DNA from: a virus
Length of the DNA stretch: 64,000 bases
Strand: one strand, 5' to 3'
Virus record (IMG/VR): IMGVR_UViG_3300020048_000003
How positions within the stretch are numbered: the first letter of the stretch is position 1; each line of letters opens with the position of its first letter. Positions 8,801 through 19,226 of this stretch are shown here, one piece after another. The notes under the pieces are model-generated. The model had not been told where the DNA came from. It searched no databases and was given only the letters and a program-made list of their open reading frames with translations. A program made the translations under genes and the position numbers.

Positions 8801-9065
8801 TTAATTTTACTATTTTTTCTTTTCTAACTTCTTTTAATCGTTTGAATGTATAACTTCTTACCAAATAACCAGCCTCTAAACCAATATCACTTTCTATCCA
8901 AATAGAAAAATCTGGATTAGAATCTTTTATTATGGTATAAATTTTACCTACAGTTAAATGAATTGGAAAACTAAAATTTGCTTCTACTAAAACAACTTTT
9001 TCGCCTTTCTTAAGATAAGTAAGGTTACTTTCCTCCTCCTCAAAAGGTTTGAAACTTTTTATCAT
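8784..9065 (-). CDS. Fam-B small protein (tail RLKEVRKEKIVKLN)
   Basis: Conserved tail. Confidence 0.6.
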   Translation of the reverse strand: MIKSFKPFEEEESNLTYLKKGEKVVLVEANFSFPIHLTVGKIYTIIKDSNPDFSIWIESDIGLEAGYLVRSYTFKRLKEVRKEKIVKLNDNSR

Positions 9066-9562
9066 ATTGTATTAAGTTTTTGTAATTTTTCTTTTCTTCC
9101 TTCAGTTTTTAGATAAGAATCAAATCTAAATTGTAAAATAATTCTAGAACCTTGAAATGTTAGATAGTCCACCCAAGGTTTTACATTATTTTTAATATCA
9201 TATAATTCTGCTCTCCATTTTTCAGTTAAAAATAATTTAGCAAATAATTCATAATCAGATGTTTTTATTTTATATCCACCACCGTAAACACCTTCTGAAT
9301 TTGGAAAATTGAAACAGAATTTATAGGTAAAAGATGTATATGACTGACCTTCAAATTTAATAATATCTGGTGTGTTGTTAAACAACATACCATTTTCAAT
9401 GAATTGATTCATCCATTTTTCATACAAATAGCCAACTTTACACTCTTCATAATAAAATTGGCTATAAGAGAAACGACGGTTATCATCAAAACTATTGCAA
9501 TAATCATGTAAATCCGTTCTAGTTGGATGTAATATACTTCTATTCATAGTTTTCTTCTTCAT
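9062..9562 (-). CDS. Fam-B-tailed protein (GRKEKLQKLNTI)
   Basis: 166-aa ORF; ATGA coupling. Confidence 0.55.
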   Translation of the reverse strand: MKKKTMNRSILHPTRTDLHDYCNSFDDNRRFSYSQFYYEECKVGYLYEKWMNQFIENGMLFNNTPDIIKFEGQSYTSFTYKFCFNFPNSEGVYGGGYKIKTSDYELFAKLFLTEKWRAELYDIKNNVKPWVDYLTFQGSRIILQFRFDSYLKTEGRKEKLQKLNTI

Positions 9563-9785
9563 CGTAAAACCATACTGTTGATTTATTCAATTTTTTAGCA
9601 ACATATTCAGCAACAGAATTTATACTATATCCTCCAAAGTGTTCATGAAATTTACTCTTTGGATTCATAATACATGAATTTCCACCATCGGTTAATACAA
9701 TGGTGTCTTTTGAATAATCTACTTGAAAATAATCAAGAAAATCATAACATTCTTCTAAAAATTCTTCTTCTGATATTTTTGCCAT
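9540..9785 (-). CDS. Hypothetical small protein
   Basis: 81-aa ORF. Confidence 0.45.
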   Translation of the reverse strand: MAKISEEEFLEECYDFLDYFQVDYSKDTIVLTDGGNSCIMNPKSKFHEHFGGYSINSVAEYVAKKLNKSTVWFYDEEENYE

Positions 9786-9875
9786 TCATTTATTTTTAAT
9801 AATTTATCCTTACGAAGTTTTATTTTCTTCTTTTTTTCTTGTTCTCTTAGTTTATTTAGAAAAATCTGATATAAA

Positions 9876-10145
9876 TCAATCCCCATTTATCTTATTTATT
9901 TTATATTTTCTATTCTTTTTAAGAAAAAGTTTTTTAATCTCATTAAACATTTTAATATCATTTTCTACTCCCAATTCCGTATATGTTATATTATTATCAT
10001 ATTCTTCATAAAAATAATTACAATCTTCGCAAAGATATTCTTGAAGAACTTTACCCAAAACGACTGGGCAATCTCTATCGCCATATTTACACCCATGTTT
10101 TATACAACAATGTGTTCTATGTACTCCAATTTTATCTACTCTCAT
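9876..10145 (-). CDS. Cys-rich (zinc-binding) small protein
   Basis: HRTHCCIKHGCKYGDRDCP...CEDC. Confidence 0.45.
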   Translation of the reverse strand: MRVDKIGVHRTHCCIKHGCKYGDRDCPVVLGKVLQEYLCEDCNYFYEEYDNNITYTELGVENDIKMFNEIKKLFLKKNRKYKINKINGD

Positions 10146-10160
10146 ATGTGAATTTTTAAA

Positions 10161-10667
10161 TCATAAAATTATCATATCCAAAAGTTCCCACATTGGTTCA
10201 TATTCACCAGGTACATAAAGCATTTTCTTAAAATGTTCATGTTCTTTTCTGTAAAGATCAATCATTCTGTTTCCTTTTTTAAGGCTATATTCAACATTAG
10301 CCAACCTATCACAAAGTTTAACAAATGTTGCGTACTTGGTGTTTCTTATACCTTCATAATATTTATCACTTGCTCTTTCGGCACGATTACGACCTTTTTC
10401 ATTCGTACAAGCGTAAGCCAATTCAGCAATTCTTTCGTTTGTTGCTTTTTTTACATCATTAAAAGTTAAACCACAATCTTCAATTGAGTCATGTTCCCAG
10501 ATTCCACCAATAACATCATTTAAGTCATTTTCAGGAATAAGGTGACTAAACCTTAATCCAAAACTTTCTGCTAAAGACAAATGAACTTCATATGATTCTC
10601 CATCATATAAATGATTTACTGCTTTATGGGCTAAAATTGCGTGTTTTCTTATTTCTGAGATTGTCAT
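10161..10667 (-). CDS. HD-domain phosphohydrolase
   Basis: H..H...HD: YEVHLSLAE...IWEHDSIED. Confidence 0.65.
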   Translation of the reverse strand: MTISEIRKHAILAHKAVNHLYDGESYEVHLSLAESFGLRFSHLIPENDLNDVIGGIWEHDSIEDCGLTFNDVKKATNERIAELAYACTNEKGRNRAERASDKYYEGIRNTKYATFVKLCDRLANVEYSLKKGNRMIDLYRKEHEHFKKMLYVPGEYEPMWELLDMIIL

Positions 10668-10691
10668 ATTATTTTCCTTTAGAACACAAAT

Positions 10692-10961
10692 TTACGGATT
10701 TTTTTCTTCTAAAAAAATTTTCAACTTCTTTAATTTTTTTTTTCTTACATCTTTGATACAATCAAAATAATCCCATAATAGAGCAACACATTCATCCTCA
10801 TTAAGATATGTGTAAAATGATGATGAAGTTTTAAAATCATTTAATATACTCACAGTTCTTTTACCTGATAAATAGTAGACTTTATAAGGTTTACCTACAG
10901 TAAACCCCAGTCCCACTCCTTTTATACAAATTAATTCATCACCAAGTTTAAGAGTTTTCAC
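10692..10961 (-). CDS. Fam-B small protein (tail RKKKLKKLKIF), LGDELICIKG barrel
   Basis: Conserved tail. Confidence 0.6.
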   Translation of the reverse strand: MKTLKLGDELICIKGVGLGFTVGKPYKVYYLSGKRTVSILNDFKTSSSFYTYLNEDECVALLWDYFDCIKDVRKKKLKKLKIFLEEKNP

Positions 10962-11160
10962 TTATCTCTTTTAGTTTTTTTAATCTTTTATTTCTTATAA
11001 ATGCTTTTATTTTTATTTCAGGAATAAATTTAAGATCTTCTGAAAAGCATATATAACACATATTTACACCATCAAGTTCATAACAATTATTCATGAGTTT
11101 GTTACATTCCTTACAATAGTAAATTCCAGGTGTGTGTTGTTTAAATGTCCATTGAAACAT
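10948..11160 (-). CDS. Fam-B small zinc-ribbon protein (tail KRLKKLKEI)
   Basis: CKECN...CYIC plus the conserved tail. Confidence 0.55.
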   Translation of the reverse strand: MFQWTFKQHTPGIYYCKECNKLMNNCYELDGVNMCYICFSEDLKFIPEIKIKAFIRNKRLKKLKEISENS

Positions 11161-11165
11161 TTGTT

Positions 11166-12020
11166 TTATTTTCTTTTTAATTTAATTTTTGTCATTAAGC
11201 AAGAACTATTATGTTGACAATATCTCTTATCAAATTCATAATCAGATTGAAACTTCTGGTTTACTATATCATAAGGACATTGAATGATTTTTCCTCCTAT
11301 AGAATAGTTCGCAAATTTACATTTGTTGCCATTTAAATTAACTGTGCTTTCAAAGACACCTCTTTTACTTATATGTATTTCCATGTCGCCTTCATATTTT
11401 TCTAAAAAATTGTGAACCAATTCTTTATATTCCATAACAGGCATTGTTAATTCTGTATCATCAAAAAATTCTTGATTTTCATTATCTAATTCTCTTAAAC
11501 TAGATATAAAGAAAACTTTACAACCCATTTTTTCAACATGGTCAGCAGTTTCTATTAATTCATCAACTGTAGTTGTACTTGATACCATAAAACAAATATC
11601 ATAAGGTATGTTTGTATCTGGTAAGTGTTTTAGACTTTTTAATTTACCAGTTTTGCAATATAGAGATATTCTAAGTTTAGCACCTTGAAAGTCTTTTTCG
11701 GTGTATTTATCTAAATAATAACCGTTTGTGTAAATTGTTGTTTTGAGACCTATTAGGTTGTTCTCATAAATCATTTCACGAAGAAAAGGATGCATAAGAG
11801 GTTCGCCACCAATAAGTGTGATTCTTTGACATCCTTTTTCTTTTGCATTTTTGATAACTTCTTTATATTCATCAATTTGCATAAATGCTTTTCTATCACC
11901 CATAATGTTACGGGCGAAGCAACCTGTGCATCTTAGATTGCAATCATTTGTAATAAAAATTTGTAATGTGTTGATTCTATCAACTTTTTGTTCTTCGTAT
12001 TTATACCAGGGGAATTTCAT
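11166..12020 (-). CDS. Radical SAM enzyme with a C-terminal Cys-rich (SPASM/twitch-like) region
   Basis: CNLRCTGC (CxxxCxxC) and GGEPLMHP; C-terminal CKF..C..CQHNSSC. Confidence 0.8.
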   Translation of the reverse strand: MKFPWYKYEEQKVDRINTLQIFITNDCNLRCTGCFARNIMGDRKAFMQIDEYKEVIKNAKEKGCQRITLIGGEPLMHPFLREMIYENNLIGLKTTIYTNGYYLDKYTEKDFQGAKLRISLYCKTGKLKSLKHLPDTNIPYDICFMVSSTTTVDELIETADHVEKMGCKVFFISSLRELDNENQEFFDDTELTMPVMEYKELVHNFLEKYEGDMEIHISKRGVFESTVNLNGNKCKFANYSIGGKIIQCPYDIVNQKFQSDYEFDKRYCQHNSSCLMTKIKLKRK

Positions 12021-12255
12021 AGAGTTTTTTTTTAATCAATGGTTTCCATTGATTGTTTCTGTTGTGCTTCCAAGTTTTATACATTCTAACTTGATATGAC
12101 ATTATAGTTTTGTTTGAATTTTTGAATCCTCGTCTATATCTAGGATAGAAGGTAATACATTCATCCCAATAAGGATCATCATTTCTTGTAGCTACATTGT
12201 ATTCTTTTCTATACATTGTAGTTTTTGCTTTTACATTTTTTTTGTAAGGTTTCAT
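12001..12255 (-). CDS. Hypothetical basic protein
   Basis: 84-aa ORF. Confidence 0.45.
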   Translation of the reverse strand: MKPYKKNVKAKTTMYRKEYNVATRNDDPYWDECITFYPRYRRGFKNSNKTIMSYQVRMYKTWKHNRNNQWKPLIKKKLYEIPLV

Positions 12256-12285
12256 ATATTAGGTTATTTTTTAACCTAATATGCA

Positions 12286-12594
12286 TCAAATTGTTTTTTC
12301 ATTTGTAATTTTATTTATCTCCTTTATTTTATTTTTTCGTTCTCTTTTCTTCAAAAACATAGAGAAAATTTCAAAAGATAAAGTATCTAAGCCTTTGAGA
12401 ATCATTCTTTCATAAGGATTTTCAGTATCAACAAATAAAACAACTGGAGTACCAGCACAATATTTAACAATTGCGGTATTTAGTGCTTTTACTGCATCAG
12501 CAGAACCTATACCACCAACAAAATTTTCAACTCTAAGAATTGCCATTTTTGCATTATCACCTAGATTTTGTTCAAAAAGTTTAATATCATTCAT
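12286..12594 (-). CDS. Fam-B-tailed protein (KKRERKNKIKEINKI)
   Basis: Tail motif; the N-terminal region weakly resembles a BMC-type fold (uncertain). Confidence 0.55.
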   Translation of the reverse strand: MNDIKLFEQNLGDNAKMAILRVENFVGGIGSADAVKALNTAIVKYCAGTPVVLFVDTENPYERMILKGLDTLSFEIFSMFLKKRERKNKIKEINKITNEKTI

Positions 12595-12823
12595 GTTCTA
12601 ATTTTTTCAATTTTTGTTTTCTTATAGTTGAAAGAAGTTCAAAATGATAATAGTCAAGATTAAGACCAAGTTTATGATTTGTATCATTATTAATTGTTAT
12701 CCAAGAATTTTTACATGTTACCTCAATTAAAGTGTATTTTTTATCCATACTTAATTCTAAGTTAGGGTCCATTTTTCGTCCGTTTTTTGTACCTAAAAAA
12801 ACTACACTTTCGCCTTTATTCAT
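12587..12823 (-). CDS. Fam-B small protein (tail RKQKLKKLEHE)
   Basis: Tail. Confidence 0.6.
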   Translation of the reverse strand: MNKGESVVFLGTKNGRKMDPNLELSMDKKYTLIEVTCKNSWITINNDTNHKLGLNLDYYHFELLSTIRKQKLKKLEHE

Positions 12824-13161
12824 TATTCTTCTAATTTTTTAATCTTTTCTTTTCTAATATCTTTAATTTCTTTTATTGGTTTATAATCTTGTAATACTTT
12901 CCAATTGTGAAATGTTTTCTTTCTTACTACAAATTCTCTCACAATATTAAAAAGATGTAGATATTCTATATTTGTTTCTCTCCAAGAAAATTCATCATTA
13001 AATAATATTTCAAAACTTTGTTTCTTTGTTAATGATTTATTAAGTACACTAGTTTTATCAGGTTGAAAACTATCTCTGATTGATTCTTTTAATTGTAAAT
13101 ATTCTTCTTTTGTTATTGTTGGTTTGCCATTGTAATTATAATCAACTTTTATTGATCTCAT
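12823..13161 (-). CDS. Fam-B small protein (tail IRKEKIKKLEE)
   Basis: Tail. Confidence 0.6.
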   Translation of the reverse strand: MRSIKVDYNYNGKPTITKEEYLQLKESIRDSFQPDKTSVLNKSLTKKQSFEILFNDEFSWRETNIEYLHLFNIVREFVVRKKTFHNWKVLQDYKPIKEIKDIRKEKIKKLEE

Positions 13162-13234
13162 TAATTTTAATTATTTTTATTATCAAATTCTTGATATTCC
13201 ATTTTAATTTTAGATTTTAAATTTGATTAAGTTT

Positions 13235-13534
13235 TTATTTTTTGTTAACTTCATCTTTCCAATTCAACATAAACCTTTTTATTCTTTCTTCCGCTGAGGT
13301 AAAATTTCTCTTTTTCTTTGGTGTGGTTTGTTTCTTGACTACTGGTTTAACAATTGGTTTAGTGTGAATTTTTGTGTCATTTTTAATGGAATTTCTTATG
13401 GAATTAGCAATAAGTTCTTTGTAATAAATTGTAGTTTTTTTCTCATAATAATATTTATTGAAGTAAACTATATTAGTTATCAATAAAATAAGTATAATAA
13501 AAATAAGAAAACCTGTTAACTTCTTGTTATTCAT
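13235..13534 (-). CDS. N-terminally membrane-anchored basic protein
   Basis: TM helix LTGFLIFIILILLITNIVYF. Confidence 0.5.
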   Translation of the reverse strand: MNNKKLTGFLIFIILILLITNIVYFNKYYYEKKTTIYYKELIANSIRNSIKNDTKIHTKPIVKPVVKKQTTPKKKRNFTSAEERIKRFMLNWKDEVNKK

Positions 13535-13636
13535 GTTATTAAAAAATGTTTAGAAAAAAGTAAATAAAAAAAACAACCATCTCATTTTAATATATATTAC
13601 TTAAGGTATATTGTTGTAAAATAATTAAAAAATAAT

Positions 13637-14827
13637 ATGTTATGTATGTTAGGTATTCTAAAATTAGTTAAAGATTATATTGCTAAGTATAGCGTAATAA
13701 TATTATTTGTAATTATTGCGGCTGTTATTGCCACTCTTTTTATAATGAGAGCAAGAAATATTTCTCTTAAAGAGCAAGTTAAAACTGAGAAAGCAGAAAA
13801 AGACCGTTATATTAATAATATAGAAGCGGCAAATGATACTATTAGAGTCACCAGAGATAGAAATGGTGCACTAGTTAGTGAAATATCAGGATATAAATTA
13901 AAGATAAGTGAATTAAATACAAATTATAAGAAACTATTTACTCTTTATACAGAGGAAAAAAATAAACCACCTATTTATATTGTTGAAACAACTAATACAA
14001 TTGAAGAAAAAATAACTAATGTCTATGCAAATGCAAATGATACAACTATATCATTTCTTGATACAGCAACTTATAGCGTTGGTAACTATAGAAATATAAG
14101 TGGAAGCATACCGTATAAATTAACCTATCATATAAAGAAAAATATGGTCAATAGATTTGGTTTGGAACAGGCTCTATATCAGGCATTTATTTTAAAACAA
14201 AATGGATGTGATGATGCTGCTGTTGTTGCTTATAAGGATAATAAATTAATTCCGATTAAACAAGCATTGAATGAGACTTCTGTTATTACTTATAAAGTTT
14301 TGATATATGAAAGTAAAACTAAACTAGATGTTGCAACAGTTGGTGCTAAATGTAATGTAGATCCTAAGTCTATAACTATGAAATTAGATGATGGAACATT
14401 TAATTATCTTGTTGGAAATATTATAACATATCAGAATGTTGAACCTGTAGTTGAAAATAAAGAATTGAATACTTATGCTAAACTTACTGTTTTTCCTGCT
14501 AAAATTGATTTTTCACAATCAATGATAATTCAAACAGGATTATACAAAGATAAAAAAACTGGTAAAGTTATGATTTTTGCAAAATCAAAATATCCTAATT
14601 TAGTTTTTTCAGATATTGTAGGTGCTGATATAATGCAAGATCCAGAATCAAGAAAAGTGACAAGAGCATTTAGAAAAGAATTTGGTGTTGGTATTCATTT
14701 AGGATATGGCGCAACATTAGTAAGAAGTGATGTATCAAATGAATTTATTATGAAAACTGGACCAACTATTTCTGTTGGAGTGAATTGGTCTCCTAGGTTT
14801 TTACAATTCGGACCCTCTAAAAAGTAA
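13637..14827 (+). CDS. Membrane-anchored coiled-coil / beta-rich protein (396 aa)
   Basis: N-terminal TM followed by a coiled-coil; it has its own upstream AT-rich intergenic region. Confidence 0.6.
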   Translation: MLCMLGILKLVKDYIAKYSVIILFVIIAAVIATLFIMRARNISLKEQVKTEKAEKDRYINNIEAANDTIRVTRDRNGALVSEISGYKLKISELNTNYKKLFTLYTEEKNKPPIYIVETTNTIEEKITNVYANANDTTISFLDTATYSVGNYRNISGSIPYKLTYHIKKNMVNRFGLEQALYQAFILKQNGCDDAAVVAYKDNKLIPIKQALNETSVITYKVLIYESKTKLDVATVGAKCNVDPKSITMKLDDGTFNYLVGNIITYQNVEPVVENKELNTYAKLTVFPAKIDFSQSMIIQTGLYKDKKTGKVMIFAKSKYPNLVFSDIVGADIMQDPESRKVTRAFRKEFGVGIHLGYGATLVRSDVSNEFIMKTGPTISVGVNWSPRFLQFGPSKK

Positions 14828-14830
14828 AAA

Positions 14831-15562
14831 ATGAAAAAAGTATTTTATTTATTATTTGTATTGTTATTTATATCATGTAGCAACACAGTAAATTACCATC
14901 CATCTATAAATTTTATAGGTGGAAATGGTTTAATATCAGAAGATGTAGTATTAAAACCTAATCAACAATTTAGAGTTGGAATAAATTCATTTTCAAAAGG
15001 AAATTCTAACCTTTATAATTTTAAAGTAACGAGAATATTTAATAATACATCAGAGATTATAGTTGATTCTATTATTGATAATAAAAATTTTAACATGATA
15101 ATGACTTGTCCATCAGCAGTTTCAGAGGGAACTGAACGCTGGACTTTTTCTATAACTTGTAAAGATGGATATAGTAGTGAAGTATCATTTCAAATAAAAA
15201 CCTCTCTAAGTGATACAACACAGATTAACTCAACACAAAGTCTTATAAAAGAATATGTTGTGTTAGATTTACCAAACAAAATTTCGCGTGATGATATTCT
15301 TATATATGTAAGTTTATTTGTACTTCTAGTATTTGGTGCTATTGTTTATTTCATTAGAAAATCTAAATTAACAACAAAAGAGTATGTTTTACTTAAGTCT
15401 AATTATTTAGATGATATGAAAAAAGAATTAATAGATAAAATTGAATCTCAGAAAAGTCCGAGAATAGAAGGAAATAAAGGAAATTTTATTGTTTTTGTTG
15501 CAGTATCTATTGTTATAATAGTATTTTTACTATTTTTATTATTAGGTGAAATTTATTTTTAA
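14831..15562 (+). CDS. Putative lipoprotein with a C-terminal TM anchor
   Basis: Signal peptide with a lipobox-like FISC; C-terminal hydrophobic helices. Confidence 0.55.
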   Translation: MKKVFYLLFVLLFISCSNTVNYHPSINFIGGNGLISEDVVLKPNQQFRVGINSFSKGNSNLYNFKVTRIFNNTSEIIVDSIIDNKNFNMIMTCPSAVSEGTERWTFSITCKDGYSSEVSFQIKTSLSDTTQINSTQSLIKEYVVLDLPNKISRDDILIYVSLFVLLVFGAIVYFIRKSKLTTKEYVLLKSNYLDDMKKELIDKIESQKSPRIEGNKGNFIVFVAVSIVIIVFLLFLLLGEIYF

Positions 15563-15882
15563 CAATCAAATATTTTTCTGATATTTTTAATTTTCTCTTT
15601 TCGTTGTTCACCAATATTCACAAAATAGATATTTACATGACTTTCCACCCAAAGAGTACATTCATTTTTTATTCTCTTATTCCTCTCAATTTCACCTAAT
15701 TGATTAATCTCAGTATAATATCTTCTCTGCTTAGGTGTTTCATCATTTGAAATGTAATAAGCACCTTTTTCATTAATATCAATAATTTGATATCTTAAGC
15801 CTAATGTATATATAGGTGTGCTAACATATTGCCGTGGTGGCATTTCCTTAATTAAGGTCAAAAAATCTCCTACTTTATTCAT
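15559..15882 (-). CDS. Fam-B small protein (tail [10 protein letters not shown]), VGDFLTL barrel
   Basis: Tail. Confidence 0.6.
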   Translation of the reverse strand: MNKVGDFLTLIKEMPPRQYVSTPIYTLGLRYQIIDINEKGAYYISNDETPKQRRYYTEINQLGEIERNKRIKNECTLWVESHVNIYFVNIGEQRKEKIKNIRKIFDC

Positions 15883-16868
15883 TTTAAATCGTGTAACATC
15901 ATTATTTTTACTAGTTCTTTAAATTTAACTTTTGCTTCCCAACCTAATATGGCTTTGGCTTTTGTAGGATCACCTAATAATAAATCAACTTCGGTTGGTC
16001 TAAAGTATTTTGGATCACTTTCAACAACAATTTTACCTGTTTTTTTATCTACTCCTATATCATTTGAAAGCCAATTAATTTCAACATCAATATATTTACA
16101 TGCTTCTTCTATAAATTCCCTAACAGAATGACATTCTCCTGTTGCTAAAACAAAATCATCTGGCTCATCTTGCTGAAGCATTAAATACATACCATATACA
16201 TAATCTTTTGCATATCCCCAATCTCTTTTAGCATCTAGATTACCAATCTTTATAGTTTCACCAGTTTTTTTCCAATTTGCCAAACCTCTTGTTATTTTTT
16301 TGGTAACAAAAGTTTCTCCTCTTCTTTCACTTTCATGATTAAATAGTATACCATTAGAAATGAATAAGTTATAGCCTTCACGATAATTTCTAGTCATCCA
16401 AAAAGCATATAATTTTGCTACTCCATAAGGTGATCTAGGATAGAATGTTGTTTTTTCATTTTGAGGTACTTCTTGTGCTTTTCCATAGAGTTCACTTGTT
16501 GATGCTTGATAAATTTTGGTATGTGGAGAGTAGTTTCTAACTGTTTCTATTAATCTTAAAACTCCCATTGCATCAACCTGTCCAGTATATTCTGGTAATT
16601 CAAAACTAACCTGTACATGTGATTGAGCAGCAAGGTTATATATTTCATCAGGTTTTACTTTTTGAATTATGTGTTCTATTGATAATGTATCTGTTACATC
16701 TCCATAATGTAAATGGAGTTTTGGATAAATATGATCAATACGACTAGTATTAAATGAACTTGATCTTCTTATAATGCCATGTACTTCATATCCTTTATCA
16801 AGTAATAATTCAGCAAGGTACGAACCATCTTGTCCCGTAATTCCAGTAATTAGTGCAATTTTTTTCAT
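15879..16868 (-). CDS. gmd: GDP-mannose 4,6-dehydratase
   Basis: [48 protein letters not shown] is near-identical to the bacterial Gmd N-terminus. Confidence 0.9.
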   Translation of the reverse strand: MKKIALITGITGQDGSYLAELLLDKGYEVHGIIRRSSSFNTSRIDHIYPKLHLHYGDVTDTLSIEHIIQKVKPDEIYNLAAQSHVQVSFELPEYTGQVDAMGVLRLIETVRNYSPHTKIYQASTSELYGKAQEVPQNEKTTFYPRSPYGVAKLYAFWMTRNYREGYNLFISNGILFNHESERRGETFVTKKITRGLANWKKTGETIKIGNLDAKRDWGYAKDYVYGMYLMLQQDEPDDFVLATGECHSVREFIEEACKYIDVEINWLSNDIGVDKKTGKIVVESDPKYFRPTEVDLLLGDPTKAKAILGWEAKVKFKELVKIMMLHDLK

Positions 16869-17647
16869 TGTATATTTAAATATTTTTTTGAATCTTCATA
16901 AAATTCTTTAACTCTTTCACTACCAATGTATTTACAATTTTTATTCAAACAGCCTCTTGCTGTTGTGCCTATTCCCATAAATGGATCGTATATTATGGAT
17001 CCTTCCGGAAAATATATATGAATAAGTTTTTCAACTAATTCACTTGAATATGTAGCTTTTAGTTTACTTTTGAAACCATCATTATTTTTAGCTTCAATTG
17101 TATTTAGGTAATTCTTATAAAATTTTTGATTTGTTTTTTCATTAATTGTGCTAATTTCTTTATTGGCTTTAAAAGTATTTAGAAATTTTTTATTTACAAT
17201 TATATAGATTAGTTCTGATATTCTTGTTAGTTTATTAGGACTTGTTTGAAAAGGACTTGCTGAATTTTTTCTCCAAATTACAATATCCGTTAATGTTAAA
17301 TCAGTTTCTTGATGAATTTTATTTAATAGAAGAGTTGGTAATATAGGATTATCTCCTGAATAAGACATGTTATAGCAAATAACACCATCTGCTTTTAGAA
17401 TCCTTTGAAACTCTTTGAATTCTTTTAATCTTAATTCTAAATATTCATCTGTTGTAAGATTATCAACATCATTTTCATATAAATGAAAATCATCTTGATC
17501 TTTCCTTCTATGATTAGGATTACGACCCATATTATATGGCGGACTGCATATTACACCATCTATAAAATTATTAGGCATCTTACTCATCGTGAGTAAGTTA
17601 TCTTCATTATAAATTTCGTTTAATTTTCTCATAATTTTATTAACCAA
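16865..17647 (-). CDS. DNA methyltransferase (beta-class N6A/N4C)
   Basis: Motif IV SPPY lies N-terminal to motif [11 protein letters not shown]. Confidence 0.75.
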   Translation of the reverse strand: MVNKIMRKLNEIYNEDNLLTMSKMPNNFIDGVICSPPYNMGRNPNHRRKDQDDFHLYENDVDNLTTDEYLELRLKEFKEFQRILKADGVICYNMSYSGDNPILPTLLLNKIHQETDLTLTDIVIWRKNSASPFQTSPNKLTRISELIYIIVNKKFLNTFKANKEISTINEKTNQKFYKNYLNTIEAKNNDGFKSKLKATYSSELVEKLIHIYFPEGSIIYDPFMGIGTTARGCLNKNCKYIGSERVKEFYEDSKKYLNIQ

Positions 17648-18414
17648 CTTATATTGAATGTTTCCAGTTTGTGATTAGGAAAATTTTCTTCTATGGCTTT
17701 TACAACTGTATCAATTTGAATATCATTATAATCATGACCACAAATAAATCCACCACTTTTTATCTTATTTTTCCAATTTATTATATCTGTACTTACTCCT
17801 TTATAGGAGTGATCTCCATCAATATAAATAAAATCAATGCTATTGTCCATAATTATATTAGCAAATTTATCTGAGAACATTTTTATTTTTATAATATTTG
17901 GATATTTTTTTGTTAGTGTATCAAAATTGTTTTCAATATCCATCATGTTGTAATTATTTATAACATCTTCACGTTCATCATAATTATTTATCCAAGGGTC
18001 TATTGCAAATATTTTTGCATCTGGAAAATTCTTTTGAAAAACTGTTGTAGATTCTCCTTGATAAGAACCTATTTCAACTATATTTTCAATTTTTTTACCA
18101 TCTCTTTTTATGAAATTACATAATTCTTCTAGTTCCTGAACATTTGATCTCATAAAATTAACATATGTTAAAGGTGTTTCAGAACAGTATATTAAATCAT
18201 TTTCATCTTTGAGTGTGACATTTATTTTTGAGATGTCCACCATTTTTAAATAAGGTGAAAACCATACAATAGAATTACTTGGTAATTCAACATCATAAGA
18301 ATATACTTCTGTATCAAAATATTTAATTATTATTCTTCCTTTGAATCTATAATCATAAAGATTATTTAGATATACTCTATTATTTGGTATATCAGCTGAT
18401 ATCAGTACCTTCAT
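17629..18414 (-). CDS. Class I SAM-dependent O-methyltransferase (TylF/CmcI-like)
   Basis: VEIGSYQGEST ... IDPW ... YIDGDHSY ... GHDY. Confidence 0.7.
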   Translation of the reverse strand: MKVLISADIPNNRVYLNNLYDYRFKGRIIIKYFDTEVYSYDVELPSNSIVWFSPYLKMVDISKINVTLKDENDLIYCSETPLTYVNFMRSNVQELEELCNFIKRDGKKIENIVEIGSYQGESTTVFQKNFPDAKIFAIDPWINNYDEREDVINNYNMMDIENNFDTLTKKYPNIIKIKMFSDKFANIIMDNSIDFIYIDGDHSYKGVSTDIINWKNKIKSGGFICGHDYNDIQIDTVVKAIEENFPNHKLETFNISWLIKL

Positions 18415-18553
18415 TTCTTTTATTTATTTTTATTAATTTCTTTTTTCTTTTTAAAGAAATTTTATTGTAAAATTTCTTATTTTCAAATAAGAATACTTTA
18501 CCTTTTGCGGTTGGATCTTCCAATTCTATTGAAATTTTCTTATCTTTAAACAT
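18392..18553 (-). CDS. Fam-B mini-protein (about 53 aa, tail LKRKKKLIKINK), absent from the ORF track
   Basis: Hand-translated; its stop overlaps the downstream start. Confidence 0.4.
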   Translation of the reverse strand: MFKDKKISIELEDPTAKGKVFLFENKKFYNKISLKRKKKLIKINKRNEGTDIS

Positions 18554-18788
18554 TTTCTAATTTCATTATTTTTAATTTTCTAATTTCCTTATTAGTATAA
18601 AAATGCTCATAAAAATTTGGATATCTTTCATATAAAGTTTTTTCAAAACCAAATCTTTGAAATGCTGTATTATTTTGAATCCAATATGAATCTTGATAAC
18701 TATATTCAGATACTACATTATAATACTTACCTTTCTTAAAAGTATGAATTTCTGACGATTTATAATCTTTTTTACACAAAACTTTCAT
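18546..18788 (-). CDS. Fam-B small protein (tail RKLKIMKLENV)
   Basis: Tail. Confidence 0.6.
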   Translation of the reverse strand: MKVLCKKDYKSSEIHTFKKGKYYNVVSEYSYQDSYWIQNNTAFQRFGFEKTLYERYPNFYEHFYTNKEIRKLKIMKLENV

Positions 18789-19222
18789 TAGAAATTTTTA
18801 TCATGTTTTGGTGGTCTCATAGAATTAAAAACCATTTTCATCTGAATATATTTTTCTATATCTATATCCATTTTTTCACAAAGTTCTGCTAATCTAATAA
18901 AAGTGTCAGCGAGTTCATCTTCAAAAGTATCTTTAACATGATGTATAAATCTCATTTGAAATAAATTTGGATTGCTTTCTGATTGTTCAACAAGTTCATC
19001 CAATAGTTCTTTTGTTCCATTGTAAGACCTATCTTTTCTAATTGCTTCCATTGATTCAGTTAATTCAGAGACTGCTAACAATAATTTTTGAGAAATAAAT
19101 AAATCCCTATAAATTTTTTGTTCTCTTTCTGATTCTAAGTTGTTTGCGATATCATAATCTTCCCAAAAACCTTTTTCAACTGCAATTTTGTGTGCGTTCT
19201 TTTTTAAATCTTCTATTTTCAT
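18788..19222 (-). CDS. Hypothetical protein
   Basis: 144-aa ORF. Confidence 0.5.
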   Translation of the reverse strand: MKIEDLKKNAHKIAVEKGFWEDYDIANNLESEREQKIYRDLFISQKLLLAVSELTESMEAIRKDRSYNGTKELLDELVEQSESNPNLFQMRFIHHVKDTFEDELADTFIRLAELCEKMDIDIEKYIQMKMVFNSMRPPKHDKNF

Positions 19223-19226
19223 AATT

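Noticed and set aside
12286-12594. BMC-shell-protein (microcompartment) call
   Set aside because: Resemblance to BMC-H sequences is limited to a short AILRVE..G..SADAVKA stretch. This is insufficient without profile searches.
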